Shown here one piece after another: positions 21,771 to 33,072 of a stretch of DNA of 64,000 bases. This DNA comes from an uncultured delta proteobacterium (GTDB lineage: Bacteria > Myxococcota > Myxococcia > Myxococcales > Myxococcaceae). Below the pieces are notes generated by a model, which worked only from the letters and a program-made list of their open reading frames with translations, was not told the DNA's origin and made no database searches. Numbering within the stretch: the first letter of the stretch is position 1; each line of letters starts with the position of its first letter. The DNA lies in assembly GCA_963796055.1 (NCBI GenBank), contig CAWCKH010000004.1, forward strand, positions 1,344,001 to 1,408,000. The letters run 5' to 3'. Made by a program: the position numbers and the translations under genes.

Positions 21771-22292
21771 GTGCCCGGTCGCCGCGGGGCGCTGATCTGC
21801 TGCGCGGTTGCCGCCGGGGCGCTCGCCGGCTGCAAGCGAACGCATCCCGTGGTCGTTCCCCCCGGGGACGGTGGCGTTCCCCTCGTCCGGCCCTCGGGCC
21901 TCCTCCAGGTTCCCTCGGGCTGGACGGTGGTGACCGGCGGCGACGGGACGCTGCGCATCTCGGACTCGCCTGGCCACCTGGTGCTCCGGGCGGAGCTCCG
22001 CAGCGGGATGGGACTGCCCACCCCGGAGACGCTGCGCAGCGGCTTCTCCGAGGGCCTTCGCCGCTGGCGGGTACGAAAGGCCCAGGCGGCGGAGGAGCCC
22101 GGCTACGTCGCGGTCCGCCTGGTGGTCGCCGAGCCGGGCGACGGGGGCACCGAGCAGGCGGTTCTCCTGTCGGCAACGGCGCTCGGAACCGACACGCTCC
22201 TCTGTGCCTCGCTCCGGGGCGCCTCCGATGCCGCCCTCGACGTCATCGAGCAGATCTGCCGCCGCGCTGGCGACCAGCACGACGGCGGCTGA
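21771..22292 (+). CDS. hypothetical lipoprotein
   Basis: LAGC lipobox. Confidence 0.6.
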   Translation: MPGRRGALICCAVAAGALAGCKRTHPVVVPPGDGGVPLVRPSGLLQVPSGWTVVTGGDGTLRISDSPGHLVLRAELRSGMGLPTPETLRSGFSEGLRRWRVRKAQAAEEPGYVAVRLVVAEPGDGGTEQAVLLSATALGTDTLLCASLRGASDAALDVIEQICRRAGDQHDGG

Positions 22293-22364
22293 GACCTCAG
22301 CCAACCCATCCCGGGACCAGTAGGCCCGTAACCAGTTGCCACTCCTAGGCTTTTCGAGGTGCCA

Positions 22365-22407
22365 GACACCTCGTTACGGGACACCTCGTTACGGACACCT
22401 CGTTACG
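22365..22407 (+). repeat. three direct copies of the 14-mer GACACCTCGTTACG
   Basis: Exact copies at 22365, 22380 and 22394. Confidence 0.92.
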
Positions 22408-22422
22408 CGCGCTCGGGCCGGT

Positions 22423-23433
22423 TCAGGCGCGGACGGCCAGGGTCACGGCGAAGTCGTCGGCGCTGTCCGTCCAGCGGGCTTCCGTCGACATTCCGGCGGC
22501 CTCGAGCTCCCGGTCGATCTGCGTCCGGGTGAACTTGGCGCTGATCTCGGTGCGCATCAGCTCGCCTTCGCCGAACTCCACCCGGAGGTCGAGGTCCCGC
22601 ACGGTGACCGTCTGCCGCACCGTGGACCGGAGCAGCATCTCGATCCACCCTTGCCGTGCGTCGTAGCGGGCCAGGTGCTCGAAGCGATCGAGGTCGAAGT
22701 CTGCGCGGAGCTCGGTGTTCAACACCGAGAGCACGTTCTTGTTGAACTCCGCCGTCACCCCCTGCGCGTCGTTGTACGCCGCTTCGAGGCGGGGGATGTC
22801 CTTCACCAGATCGGTGCCGAGGAGGAACGCGTCGCCCGGGGTCAGCTGCCCGGCGATGTCGCCGAGGAAGCGCGCCCGGGGCGGCGGCGCGAGATTGCCG
22901 ATGGTCCCCCCGAGGAAGGCGATCAGCCGGCGCCCTCCGCCCGGAAGCAGCGGGACGTGGCGCTCGAAGTCCCCGACCACCGCGTGCACCGCCAGCGAGG
23001 GAAACTCGTGCGCGATCCGCAGCGCCGACCCGCGGAGTGTCACCGCGTCCACGTCGAAAGGGACGAAGCGCCGGAGCGAGCCCGCCGCCGAGAGCGCCTG
23101 GAGCAACAGCCGCGTCTTGTCCGACGTTCCGCTGCCCAGCTCGACCAGCGTGTCCGCGCCCGCCCGCGCGGCGATCTCCGCGGCCCGGGCGGCGAGGATC
23201 TCCCGCTCGCGACGCGTGGGGTAGTACTCGGGCAGCCGGGTGATGGCGTCGAAGAGCCTCGACCCGTGCGCGTCATAGAAGTACTTCGGGGGAAGCTCGC
23301 GCGGCCGGTGGGACAGCCCGTATCGCACGTCGTGCTCGAGCGCCCGCCGCAGGTCGCGGGGCCCGAGCAGCACGTCCCAGGTCACCCGCGGATGCGGCCG
23401 CCAGTCGAGCGCGGGGTGGTCGACGACGTGCAT
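22423..23433 (-). CDS. egtD: L-histidine N-alpha-trimethyltransferase
   Basis: LPPKYFYD, ITRLPEYYPTR, ELGSG, TEISAKF. Confidence 0.92.
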   Translation of the reverse strand: MHVVDHPALDWRPHPRVTWDVLLGPRDLRRALEHDVRYGLSHRPRELPPKYFYDAHGSRLFDAITRLPEYYPTRREREILAARAAEIAARAGADTLVELGSGTSDKTRLLLQALSAAGSLRRFVPFDVDAVTLRGSALRIAHEFPSLAVHAVVGDFERHVPLLPGGGRRLIAFLGGTIGNLAPPPRARFLGDIAGQLTPGDAFLLGTDLVKDIPRLEAAYNDAQGVTAEFNKNVLSVLNTELRADFDLDRFEHLARYDARQGWIEMLLRSTVRQTVTVRDLDLRVEFGEGELMRTEISAKFTRTQIDRELEAAGMSTEARWTDSADDFAVTLAVRA

Positions 23434-23458
23434 GTCGGCTCCAAAGTCGTGGGCCCGC

Positions 23459-24780
23459 TCAGGCGTCCCGAGCGCACCGAAAGCCGGCGAAGATCTGTCG
23501 CCGGATGGGGTAGTCCCAGTTCCGGAAGGTGTTCCTCACTGCGTCCGGCGCGACGGCCCAGGATCCACCGCGCAGAACCTTGTACTCGGGGCCAAAGAAG
23601 ACCGCCGAATACTCCGGGTACGGAAAGGCGCGAAACCCCGGATACGGCTGGAAATCCGAGGCCGTCCACTCCCAGACGTCTCCGAGGAGCTGCTCGACCC
23701 CCCAGCCGCTCGCCCCCGCCGGGAACGCGCCCGCGCGGGCGGGATGCCCCCCACCGGCCAGAGGTTCGCGTGCGTGCTGTCCGGTGGTGCGCTTCCCCAC
23801 GGGAAGCGTCGAACCATGCCGTCGGGTGTCCCTGCGGCGGCCTTCTCCCACTCGGCCTCGGTCGGCAGCCGCCGCCCCGCCCAGCGGGCGTACGCATCTG
23901 CCTCGTACCAGCAGACGTGGCATACGGGCTCGTCCAGGCGAAGCGGCTCCCAGGTCCCGAACCGCCGTCGCTCCCATGCCTCTCCGACGCGTCGCCAGTA
24001 GAGCGGGTGCGCGAGTTCCTCGCTCTCGCGGAACGTCCATCCCGGCTCGGACCAGTGCGCGCGGTTCGCGTAGCCCCCGTCGTCCATGAAGGCCAGGAAC
24101 TGGCGGTTGGTGACGGGAAAGCGGTCGATGAGGAACGCGGGCACCTCCATCTTGTGCCGCGGCCGCTCGTTGTCGTAGGCCCATGCCTCGTCGCTTCCCA
24201 TCCCGAAGGGCCCGCTGCGGACGAGCACCTCACGCGGGAGCACCGCCCGAGTCGAGGACGGGACCTCGCACGGCAGCGGAGCCAGCGCCGTGGAGGTGAC
24301 GAGCTGGAGCGTGGCCACCAGGGTCTCGATGTGTTGCTGCTCGTGCTGGGCGACCATCCCGTAGACGAAGCCACCGTCCAGCAGCGCACCGATGCGCACC
24401 ACGGTCTCCTCGTCGACCGCGTCGAGCCGGCGGAGCACGCGGGCCCGGACCCGCTCGGCGTAGGCGAACGCCTCTTCCACCCCGAGCAGGGGCAAGGCCG
24501 CGCGGGTGGGCCTCGGATTGCGGAACGCGTCGTACAGCCGGTCCGTCTCCGGGCCGGTGAGGCCTGGCTCGCCGAGCGCCCGCAGCAGCCACTGCTCCTC
24601 GTAGTTCGCCACATGCGCCACGTCCCACACCGGCGGCGACATGAGCGTGGAGTGCTGCGCGGCCAGCACCCCGGCGGGAACCCGGCCGACCAGGTCCAGC
24701 AGACGACGGCGAGCGGTTCCGAGCGCCTCGTGCGCGCGGGTCTTCCAGGCGAGGGTCCCCCCGAACTCGCGCGCGTCCAT
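23459..24780 (-). pseudogene. egtB: ergothioneine sulfoxide synthase EgtB, frameshifted (possibly an assembly error)
   Basis: DinB part ([16 protein letters not shown]) and FGE part ([18 protein letters not shown]) lie in different frames; the switch is at the C6 run 23747-23752. Confidence 0.85.
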
Positions 24781-24838
24781 GGACCGTGTCATTCCTCGGG
24801 AGGCAGCCCGGCGCAACCCCCGGGCGTACCCTGATCGC

Positions 24839-25690
24839 ATGGCGAACATCCGCACTCCGGACCCGGGGCTCAAGCTCGATCTCGCCGGAACGACGACGTA
24901 CGGCGACTACTTGCGGCTGGACAAGCTGCTCTCGGCCCAGGAGCCGCGGAGCCAGCCCGAGCACCACGACGAGCTGCTGTTCATCATCCAGCACCAGACG
25001 TCCGAGCTCTGGATGAAGCTGCTCATCCACGAGCTCACCGCGGCGCGCGCCCTGGTCCGGGAGGACCGGCTCGAGCCGGCGTTCAAGATCCTCGCCCGGG
25101 CCGGGCAGATCCAGCGCATGCTCTTCGAGCAGTGGAGCGTGCTCGAGACGCTCACCCCCTCGGAATACCTGGAATTTCGCTCGGTCCTGGGACCGGCGAG
25201 CGGGTTCCAGTCGGCCCAGTACCGAGCGCTCGAGTTCCTGCTCGGCAACAAGGAGGCCACCGCGCTCCTGGTCCACCGCCAGAGCCCCGAGGTGCATGCC
25301 TGGCTGGAGCGCTACCTCCACGAGCCGAGCCTGTACGACGAGTTCCTGCGCCACCTCGCTCGACGGGGTCTGCCGGTGCCACCGGAGCGGCTGGATCGAG
25401 ACTTCTCCGGGCCTTACGAGCCTCACCCCGGGGTGGTGGCTGTCTTCCGGACCGTCTACGCGGACCCCGAACGGTGGTGGGACGGATACGAGATGGCCGA
25501 GAAGCTGGTGGACGTGGAGGAGCGATTCCAGCTCTGGCGGTTCCGACACATGATGACGGTGCACCGCATCATCGGCTTCAAGCCCGGGACGGGCGGGAGC
25601 TCGGGCGTACCCTTCCTCAAGCGGGCGCTGGACGTCCGCTTCTTTCCTGAACTGTGGGACGTCCGAACCGAGCTGGAGCCCCCGCGCTGA
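24839..25690 (+). CDS. kynA: tryptophan 2,3-dioxygenase
   Basis: [36 protein letters not shown]. Confidence 0.95.
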   Translation: MANIRTPDPGLKLDLAGTTTYGDYLRLDKLLSAQEPRSQPEHHDELLFIIQHQTSELWMKLLIHELTAARALVREDRLEPAFKILARAGQIQRMLFEQWSVLETLTPSEYLEFRSVLGPASGFQSAQYRALEFLLGNKEATALLVHRQSPEVHAWLERYLHEPSLYDEFLRHLARRGLPVPPERLDRDFSGPYEPHPGVVAVFRTVYADPERWWDGYEMAEKLVDVEERFQLWRFRHMMTVHRIIGFKPGTGGSSGVPFLKRALDVRFFPELWDVRTELEPPR

Positions 25691-25754
25691 TCCCCCGAAC
25701 GTCCGCCATCGCGCATACACTGGATCCCTCACCCGAGCCCCGTGCTCCCTGGGG

Positions 25755-26384
25755 GTGCCCTTGGACGCACCGACGTATGCGGAGTCGGAGCTGATCATGA
25801 ACCGTGCTCCCGTGTTGCTGTCGGGCGGCGCGGTGCCGGACCGGGCCGCGTGGGCCCAGGAAGCCGCGGAGATCGGCGGAAGGCCCCTGGTGACGGTGAC
25901 CCGGCCCGAACAGCTCGGTTCCGCGCTCATGATGCGGAGCGCGGTGCTCTTCGTCCCGGACGTGCTGGCGCTCGGGGACGCCGGTCAGCAGCTGCTGGTG
26001 CGGACGCTGACCTCGCTCGATGAGCGCCCCAAGCTGGTGCTGGGGCTGAACCGCTCGGAGGCGAGCGCGCGCCAGGCGGGCGTTCTTCGAGAGGACCTTC
26101 ACTACCGGGTCCGGATGGGCCTGCTGAACCTCGACGTGCCCGGGATGCGAGAGGCCATCGCCACCCGCCGCGCACAGGCGGCGCGCCGTGCCGCGATGTC
26201 ACCCCCCCGCCCGTCGACGGTCGCTGCCCGTCCCGCTCCATCCAGTCCCAAGGCGAAGCCACGTCCCACCCAGCGAAGCCGGGCCGCCCCGCGGGTGAAG
26301 TCCGCCCGCACCGCGAAGCCGGCGAAGAAGGCCAGGCCCACCAAGAAGATCAGGCCGGCGAAGAAGGGTTCCAAGCGGCGGTGA
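25755..26384 (+). CDS. degenerate sigma54-activator-like domain with Lys-rich tail
   Basis: APVLLSG.. and LREDLHYR remnants; C-terminus KPAKKARPTKKIRPAKKGSKRR. Confidence 0.6.
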   Translation: MPLDAPTYAESELIMNRAPVLLSGGAVPDRAAWAQEAAEIGGRPLVTVTRPEQLGSALMMRSAVLFVPDVLALGDAGQQLLVRTLTSLDERPKLVLGLNRSEASARQAGVLREDLHYRVRMGLLNLDVPGMREAIATRRAQAARRAAMSPPRPSTVAARPAPSSPKAKPRPTQRSRAAPRVKSARTAKPAKKARPTKKIRPAKKGSKRR

Positions 26385-26740
26385 GCGCGCACGAGGGTGC
26401 CGCCCCCCGGCTGCTCCTTCCAGGCGCCAGGACCTGCGCGGGTGGTCGAGCCCCTCGCGCCAGCGGTCGCGTCTGCGGCTCAGGCGCCCGGTCGATTGGC
26501 GAGGCCTCGCGCGTCCGTCACCAGCCCCTCGACCGCCTCGGCGTCGTTCGAATCGTAGTCACCATGGATCCGTCCCCGGCTCGGGCGAGCAATGGAGGCG
26601 ACGGCGGGGCGTGCGTCCATGACGATGAGCGGCGCCAGTGCTAATTCGCGCCGCGGAGGACTTCATCCGATGCACCGGGAGTCGATGCGCAACCGACGGC
26701 ACGTGCCGCGCTCGGCGTCCTGCCCTGGGGCCCGGGGGCG

Positions 26741-27199
26741 ATGCGCCGGGCGCTGAGGAGCGGACCTCGCCGGGAGGTGGTGCTCGCCACGGCCTGGGCG
26801 GTGCTCTTCGCGCTGCTCTTGGCGCTGCGGGTGGTTTTCCAGCGCGCGGACGGCTCGCCGACGGATCCGCAGGGGTGGCTGCAGGTGGGGGCCATGGTCC
26901 TGCTGATGCTGCTGGTTCTCGCCGCAGCGCTGGGGAGCCGCGCACCGGTGGTGGGCCGCGTGGTGCTGCGTGTGGAGCAGGCGGCGGCGTTCGTCGCCAT
27001 CACCCGGCTGCTCGGGCTGGGTTCCCATCCGGACCCGGGACGGGCCGAGCAGGTTCTCATCGCGCTGCTCGGGGTTCATGCGGTGGGGGCCATCGTCGTC
27101 TCGGATGAGCTCTCCACCGGGTCTCCCCCCTGGCGCATGGGGCTCTGGGCCCTGGCCCTCAGCTTCGGGGTGCTGACCATCAGTCTGCTTGCACGATGA
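26741..27199 (+). CDS. hypothetical multi-pass membrane protein
   Basis: About five hydrophobic segments. Confidence 0.55.
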   Translation: MRRALRSGPRREVVLATAWAVLFALLLALRVVFQRADGSPTDPQGWLQVGAMVLLMLLVLAAALGSRAPVVGRVVLRVEQAAAFVAITRLLGLGSHPDPGRAEQVLIALLGVHAVGAIVVSDELSTGSPPWRMGLWALALSFGVLTISLLAR

Positions 27200-27318
27200 T
27201 CCACGGGATGGCGTTCTGCGCCCTGTGACCTACACTCCTGACGCGCTGCGCGGTTGATGTTGACTTGAGGTGCCCTGGGCAGCAAAAGCTCGCGCGGAGG
27301 TCGCAAGGGGAGTCGCGC

Positions 27319-27972
27319 ATGAAGCTCGAGTACAACCGCCACGCCCGGACCCGGCTGTTCGAGAACGATTTCCTGGAGTTCACCTCGAACATCCACCCGG
27401 CAGTCCCGTTCGTGGTCTACATCCCGGTGGTGATCGGCCTGCTGGGCTGGGGACTCGTCCACGGGCTGACCACCTGGGGCGCGGTGGCGGTGTGCTTCCC
27501 GCTGGGCTGGGTGGCGTGGGACCTGGCCGAGTACGGCATCCACCGGTGGTGGTTCCACTGGGAGGGCAACGGCCCGTTCACCCGGAAGCTTCACGAGATC
27601 ATCCACGGCTACCACCACAAGTACCCGGACGACCCGCTGCGCCTGGTGATGCCGCTGGGGGCGAGCATCCCGCTGGCGATGCTCATCGGCGGCGCGCTGT
27701 ACCTGGCCGGCGCCCCGGCAGTGACCATTCCCGGTTTCGCCGGCTTCGTCTCCGGCTACCTGTTCTACGACTTCACCCACTGGTCGACGCACGCCCGCTC
27801 GCCGCTCACGCCGTGGGGCAAGGCGATCCGCGGCCACCACATGGCGCACCACTTCGCCGACCCCACCAGGAACTTCGGGATCAGCCACCGGTGGATCGAC
27901 GCGGTGGTGGGGACGCTCCGTCGCCGCGACCAGAGCGAGACGGAACCGTCGGCGCCGCGCGAGCCGGCGTAG
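27319..27972 (+). CDS. fatty acid hydroxylase/sterol desaturase family protein
   Basis: His boxes HRWWFH, HGYHH, HWSTH, HHMAHH; DPLRLVMP. Confidence 0.9.
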   Translation: MKLEYNRHARTRLFENDFLEFTSNIHPAVPFVVYIPVVIGLLGWGLVHGLTTWGAVAVCFPLGWVAWDLAEYGIHRWWFHWEGNGPFTRKLHEIIHGYHHKYPDDPLRLVMPLGASIPLAMLIGGALYLAGAPAVTIPGFAGFVSGYLFYDFTHWSTHARSPLTPWGKAIRGHHMAHHFADPTRNFGISHRWIDAVVGTLRRRDQSETEPSAPREPA

Positions 27973-28023
27973 CACTGCTCGGACCCGAGGAGGTGAGGGT
28001 CTGGCTCCGGCGCGGAGCCGTGG

Positions 28024-28548
28024 TCATCCCTGTTGCTCGGGGTGCCGCGCATACAGCCGCTGGTCGGTGATGCGGCCTTCCTTGATCGCCGAGCGGCGGA
28101 GCGTCGCCTCGAGCGTGAACCCAGCCTTCTCCAGCGCGCGGCAGGAGGCCGTGTTCTGCGCAAAGGGCAGCGCGAAGATGCGCGTCAGCGAGAACCGCTC
28201 GAAGGAATCGTCGGTGAACGCCCGGATGGCCTCGCTCATCACTCCCCGACCCCGGAACGGTGCGCCCAGCCAGTAGCCCAGCTCGGCCGAGACGCGCTCG
28301 ACGTCCGCGCCGAGCTTGAGCCCGATGCTCCCCGCCGCCTGGGCGTCGACGACGATCGCCAGGTGGCACCCGGGCGGCTGCCGCAGGGTGTGCTCGATGA
28401 AACCCAGCGCGTGCTCGAGGGTGTACGGGTGCGGGAAGGCATCGCGCAGGTTCCGCCAGACCGTCACGTCGTTGGCGAAGCGCGCGAGAGACGGTGCGTC
28501 CTCGGCGACGAATGGCCGCAGCTCGCAGCGCTCGAGCACCCGCCGCAT
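28024..28548 (-). CDS. GNAT (RimJ/RimL-like) acetyltransferase
   Basis: AELGYWLG..GRGVMSEA, NTASCRALEKAGF. Confidence 0.9.
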   Translation of the reverse strand: MRRVLERCELRPFVAEDAPSLARFANDVTVWRNLRDAFPHPYTLEHALGFIEHTLRQPPGCHLAIVVDAQAAGSIGLKLGADVERVSAELGYWLGAPFRGRGVMSEAIRAFTDDSFERFSLTRIFALPFAQNTASCRALEKAGFTLEATLRRSAIKEGRITDQRLYARHPEQQG

Positions 28549-28625
28549 TCCGCACACTGTAGCGTCGCGCCGGGGTCTCCGCTGCCGCGGGCCCGCCTCG
28601 AGCAGTCGCCCTTCGACCTCCGGCG

Positions 28626-30170
<1,545 letters not shown>

Positions 30171-30281
30171 GGGCGCCGCGGGCTCTACCATCGGGCACGG
30201 GCGCTCGCAACGCTCGTGCGGGCGCCGTCAAGGCGTCCTGATGGGCTCCCCCGTATCGCCCTGCTCTGCCGGCCCGGCTCG

Positions 30282-32390
30282 CTACCTGGGCAGGGTCAGG
30301 CGGACCGAGAAGTTGTACCCGACCGAGACCGGGTGGCCCTGGTAGGTGACGGGCTGGAACCGCTGGGACTGCAGGTGCTCGACCACCGCCTCGTCCATGA
30401 AGGGCAGCGGCTTGATGACCTTGCAGCGCTCGACGCCACCCTCGGCGGTGATCACGCAGCGGACGATGCTCACCCCCTCGACCCGGGCGGCCAGCGCCTC
30501 GCGGGTATAGGTGATGGGCCGGCCGCCCTGGATCAGCACCGGCCGGGTCATCCCCTCGCCGAAGGGCACCACCTCCCGTGGAGCGTCCGGTACCGGCGCG
30601 GGGGCCGGCGCGGGCTTGGGCGGGGTCGCGCCCAGCGAGGCAGGTTGCGGCGCCGGCTGGGCGGTTGCACCCCGGGCCACGGCCGCGACGGCCTCGGGCC
30701 GGACCGGGACTGGCGCGGCCTTCCCCTCGTCGCGCTCCCGCTCTTCCTCGCGCTTGCTGAGCGGGACCGGCTTCTCCACCCGCATCACCACCTTCTTCTG
30801 GAGCCGGGCGTTCACCGCCACGTCGCCCGAGCCACCCGAGGTGATGGCCTGGGTCGGGTAACCGTCCAGGACCAGCACCATCTCGGCGTTGGCCATCCCG
30901 TCGGCCCCCGCCGGCAACTCGAAGACGGTGGGCGTCGTGCCCATGTCGTGACGGCCGATGAAGACGTGCGCCCCCGCCGGCTCGGTGGAGACGTGGAAAC
31001 GGACCATCTTCTTCTCTACCGGCTGCGGCTCTGCCGGCCTGGGTGGGGCCACCACCACCGGCGCCGGAGCGGGCGTGGGCTGCACAGGGGGCGTGACGAC
31101 GACCTGTGCCTGCTCGCCCTTGGGCAGGAGCAGCCAGACAACGACGAAGCCGAGCAGCACCGCGGTGACGAAGAGGAGCGCCGGAAGCAGCTTGCCCCCC
31201 TTCCTCGGCTCGTCGCCGACGTCCTCGATCTCGATCTCCCGCTCCACCTGGGCCCGCGGGGCGGTGACCGGGCCCGAGATGCTGCGGGCGTGGAACCCGG
31301 AGGTGGACATCGGGCCCGACCCGGTGCGGGCGTGGAGTCCGGAGGTGGAGATCGGACCGGAGCCGGTCGTGGTCCTCCGGTCGGGGAAGATGCCGGCCAT
31401 CCCGGTGAGGTGAGCGGTCTCGCGGAGCGCCTCGAGCACCTCGTCCATCGACTGGTAGCGGGCCGCGGCATCCTTCTGGAGGCAGCGGGCCACCACCGCC
31501 TCGACCTCGGGCGGCACCTCGGCGGACTGGTTCACCTCGCGCACCGGGCGAGGCGCCTCCTTCATGTGCTGGAAGATGACCTCGAGGTAGTCCTTGCCCT
31601 GGAAGGGCGGGCGGCCGGAGAGCATCTGGTAGACGAGGATGCCCAGCGAGTAGACGTCGCTCCGCGGGTCCGCCACGTTCCGGGCCTGCTCGGGGGCCAT
31701 GTACTGCGGGCTACCGAGGAAGACCCCGTTCTGGGTGACCTCGGGATCCCCGTTCTGGCCGTCGGTGGCGAGGAAGGACTTCACCAGCCCGAAGTCGAGG
31801 ACCTTGACCATGTCGTGATCGGCCTCGTTGAGCAGCATCACATTCGCCGGCTTGAGGTCGCGGTGGATGACGCCCAGCTTGTGGGCCTCACGCAGCGAGC
31901 GGCAGATCTGCTGGGCGATGTCGAGGACCCGGCGCCAGGGAAGGGTCTTCTCGTGCGCCAGAACCTCGGCCAGCGTCTGGCCTTCCATGTACTCCATGGC
32001 GATGAAGTAGATGCCGTCCTCGGTCTGCCCGTAGTCGATGACCGTGACCGTGTTCGGGTGGCGGAGCTTCGAGGTGAGGCTCGCCTCGAGGAAGAAGCGC
32101 CGCTTGAACGCCGGATCCTTCTCCGCGGGGAAGTTGGGGTTGAGGATCTTGAGCGCGACCACCCGGTCGAGCGGCGTCTGCACGGCCTTGTAGACCTTGC
32201 CCATCCCTCCGGAGCCGAGCGGGGAAAGGATGCGGAACCGGTCGTTGAGGATGCGTCCGATCAGCGGATCGGTCGCGCCGACGACGGACGGAATCGGGCC
32301 TTGGGGATCGCCCTCGAGCATGCGCACGGGCTCCGGGGAGGAGGTGTCCTGCGCGAGCGATGAAACCACAACTCCGCGCGCTCCCGACAA
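30282..32390 (-). CDS. Ser/Thr kinase - TM - PEGA-like - Pro-rich - TonB C-terminal fusion
   Basis: GSGGMG, HRDLKPAN, DFG, APE; TM; YTREALAARVEG..CVITAEG TonB_C pattern; start uncertain. Confidence 0.88.
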   Translation of the reverse strand: MSGARGVVVSSLAQDTSSPEPVRMLEGDPQGPIPSVVGATDPLIGRILNDRFRILSPLGSGGMGKVYKAVQTPLDRVVALKILNPNFPAEKDPAFKRRFFLEASLTSKLRHPNTVTVIDYGQTEDGIYFIAMEYMEGQTLAEVLAHEKTLPWRRVLDIAQQICRSLREAHKLGVIHRDLKPANVMLLNEADHDMVKVLDFGLVKSFLATDGQNGDPEVTQNGVFLGSPQYMAPEQARNVADPRSDVYSLGILVYQMLSGRPPFQGKDYLEVIFQHMKEAPRPVREVNQSAEVPPEVEAVVARCLQKDAAARYQSMDEVLEALRETAHLTGMAGIFPDRRTTTGSGPISTSGLHARTGSGPMSTSGFHARSISGPVTAPRAQVEREIEIEDVGDEPRKGGKLLPALLFVTAVLLGFVVVWLLLPKGEQAQVVVTPPVQPTPAPAPVVVAPPRPAEPQPVEKKMVRFHVSTEPAGAHVFIGRHDMGTTPTVFELPAGADGMANAEMVLVLDGYPTQAITSGGSGDVAVNARLQKKVVMRVEKPVPLSKREEERERDEGKAAPVPVRPEAVAAVARGATAQPAPQPASLGATPPKPAPAPAPVPDAPREVVPFGEGMTRPVLIQGGRPITYTREALAARVEGVSIVRCVITAEGGVERCKVIKPLPFMDEAVVEHLQSQRFQPVTYQGHPVSVGYNFSVRLTLPR

Positions 32391-32430
32391 CGGCCCGGAA
32401 CGGAAAAACGCTGCCTACATCGGCGCCGAT

Positions 32431-32970
32431 CTAGCTCTGGAGTGCGCGCTTCAGATCGTCGAGCTGAGTGCGCAGCGTTCCATCGTAGACGATCGATCCG
32501 ACCTGGGTGCTGACCCCGCCCAGGACGGCCTGGTCCACGCGGGTCTCGAGGACCACCTGCTTCTGCACCACCCGGGACAGGACCTGCTCCAGCTGCCGGA
32601 TGGACTCGGGGTCCAGCGCGACGGCGCTCACCACCGTGCCGCGGACGCGCCCCGCCTGTTCGTCCACCATGTCGCGGAGGATCCGGGCGATGTCGGGCAG
32701 CATCGCCAGCCGGTGCCGGTCCACCAGCAGGCGGAGGAAGTTGGGGAGCGTGGGGGAACTCGCCTCGAGGATCTGGATCAGCTTGTCGATGACGGCGTGC
32801 CGCTGTGCGCGGGAGTAGGCCGGGTTCCGGATGACGTCCGCCAGGTCAGGATTCGACGACATCAGCCCGGCCAGCGCCGTCAGCTGATCGGCGATGCCGG
32901 TCGCGGCACCGGGCGCGCTCGCCTCGAGGAGCGCGCGGGCGTAACGGCGGGCGACGGACACGTTCACCAT
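32431..32970 (-). CDS. atpH: F1 ATP synthase delta subunit
   Basis: VARRYARAL, NFLRLL, LGG..VGSIVYDGT. Confidence 0.93.
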   Translation of the reverse strand: MVNVSVARRYARALLEASAPGAATGIADQLTALAGLMSSNPDLADVIRNPAYSRAQRHAVIDKLIQILEASSPTLPNFLRLLVDRHRLAMLPDIARILRDMVDEQAGRVRGTVVSAVALDPESIRQLEQVLSRVVQKQVVLETRVDQAVLGGVSTQVGSIVYDGTLRTQLDDLKRALQS

Positions 32971-33072
32971 GACGGACGGGGCGCTTAGCACCCGGCCGCG
33001 GCGCCTCGCAACGTCCATGCGCGCCCTTGCTCCCACCGGCACGCCGCGTGGGACGCTCTCCTCACTTCTCCC

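Noticed and set aside
26560..26700. Possible SAM-I riboswitch (GTGCTAATTC)
   Set aside because: Other core elements and a relevant downstream gene are missing
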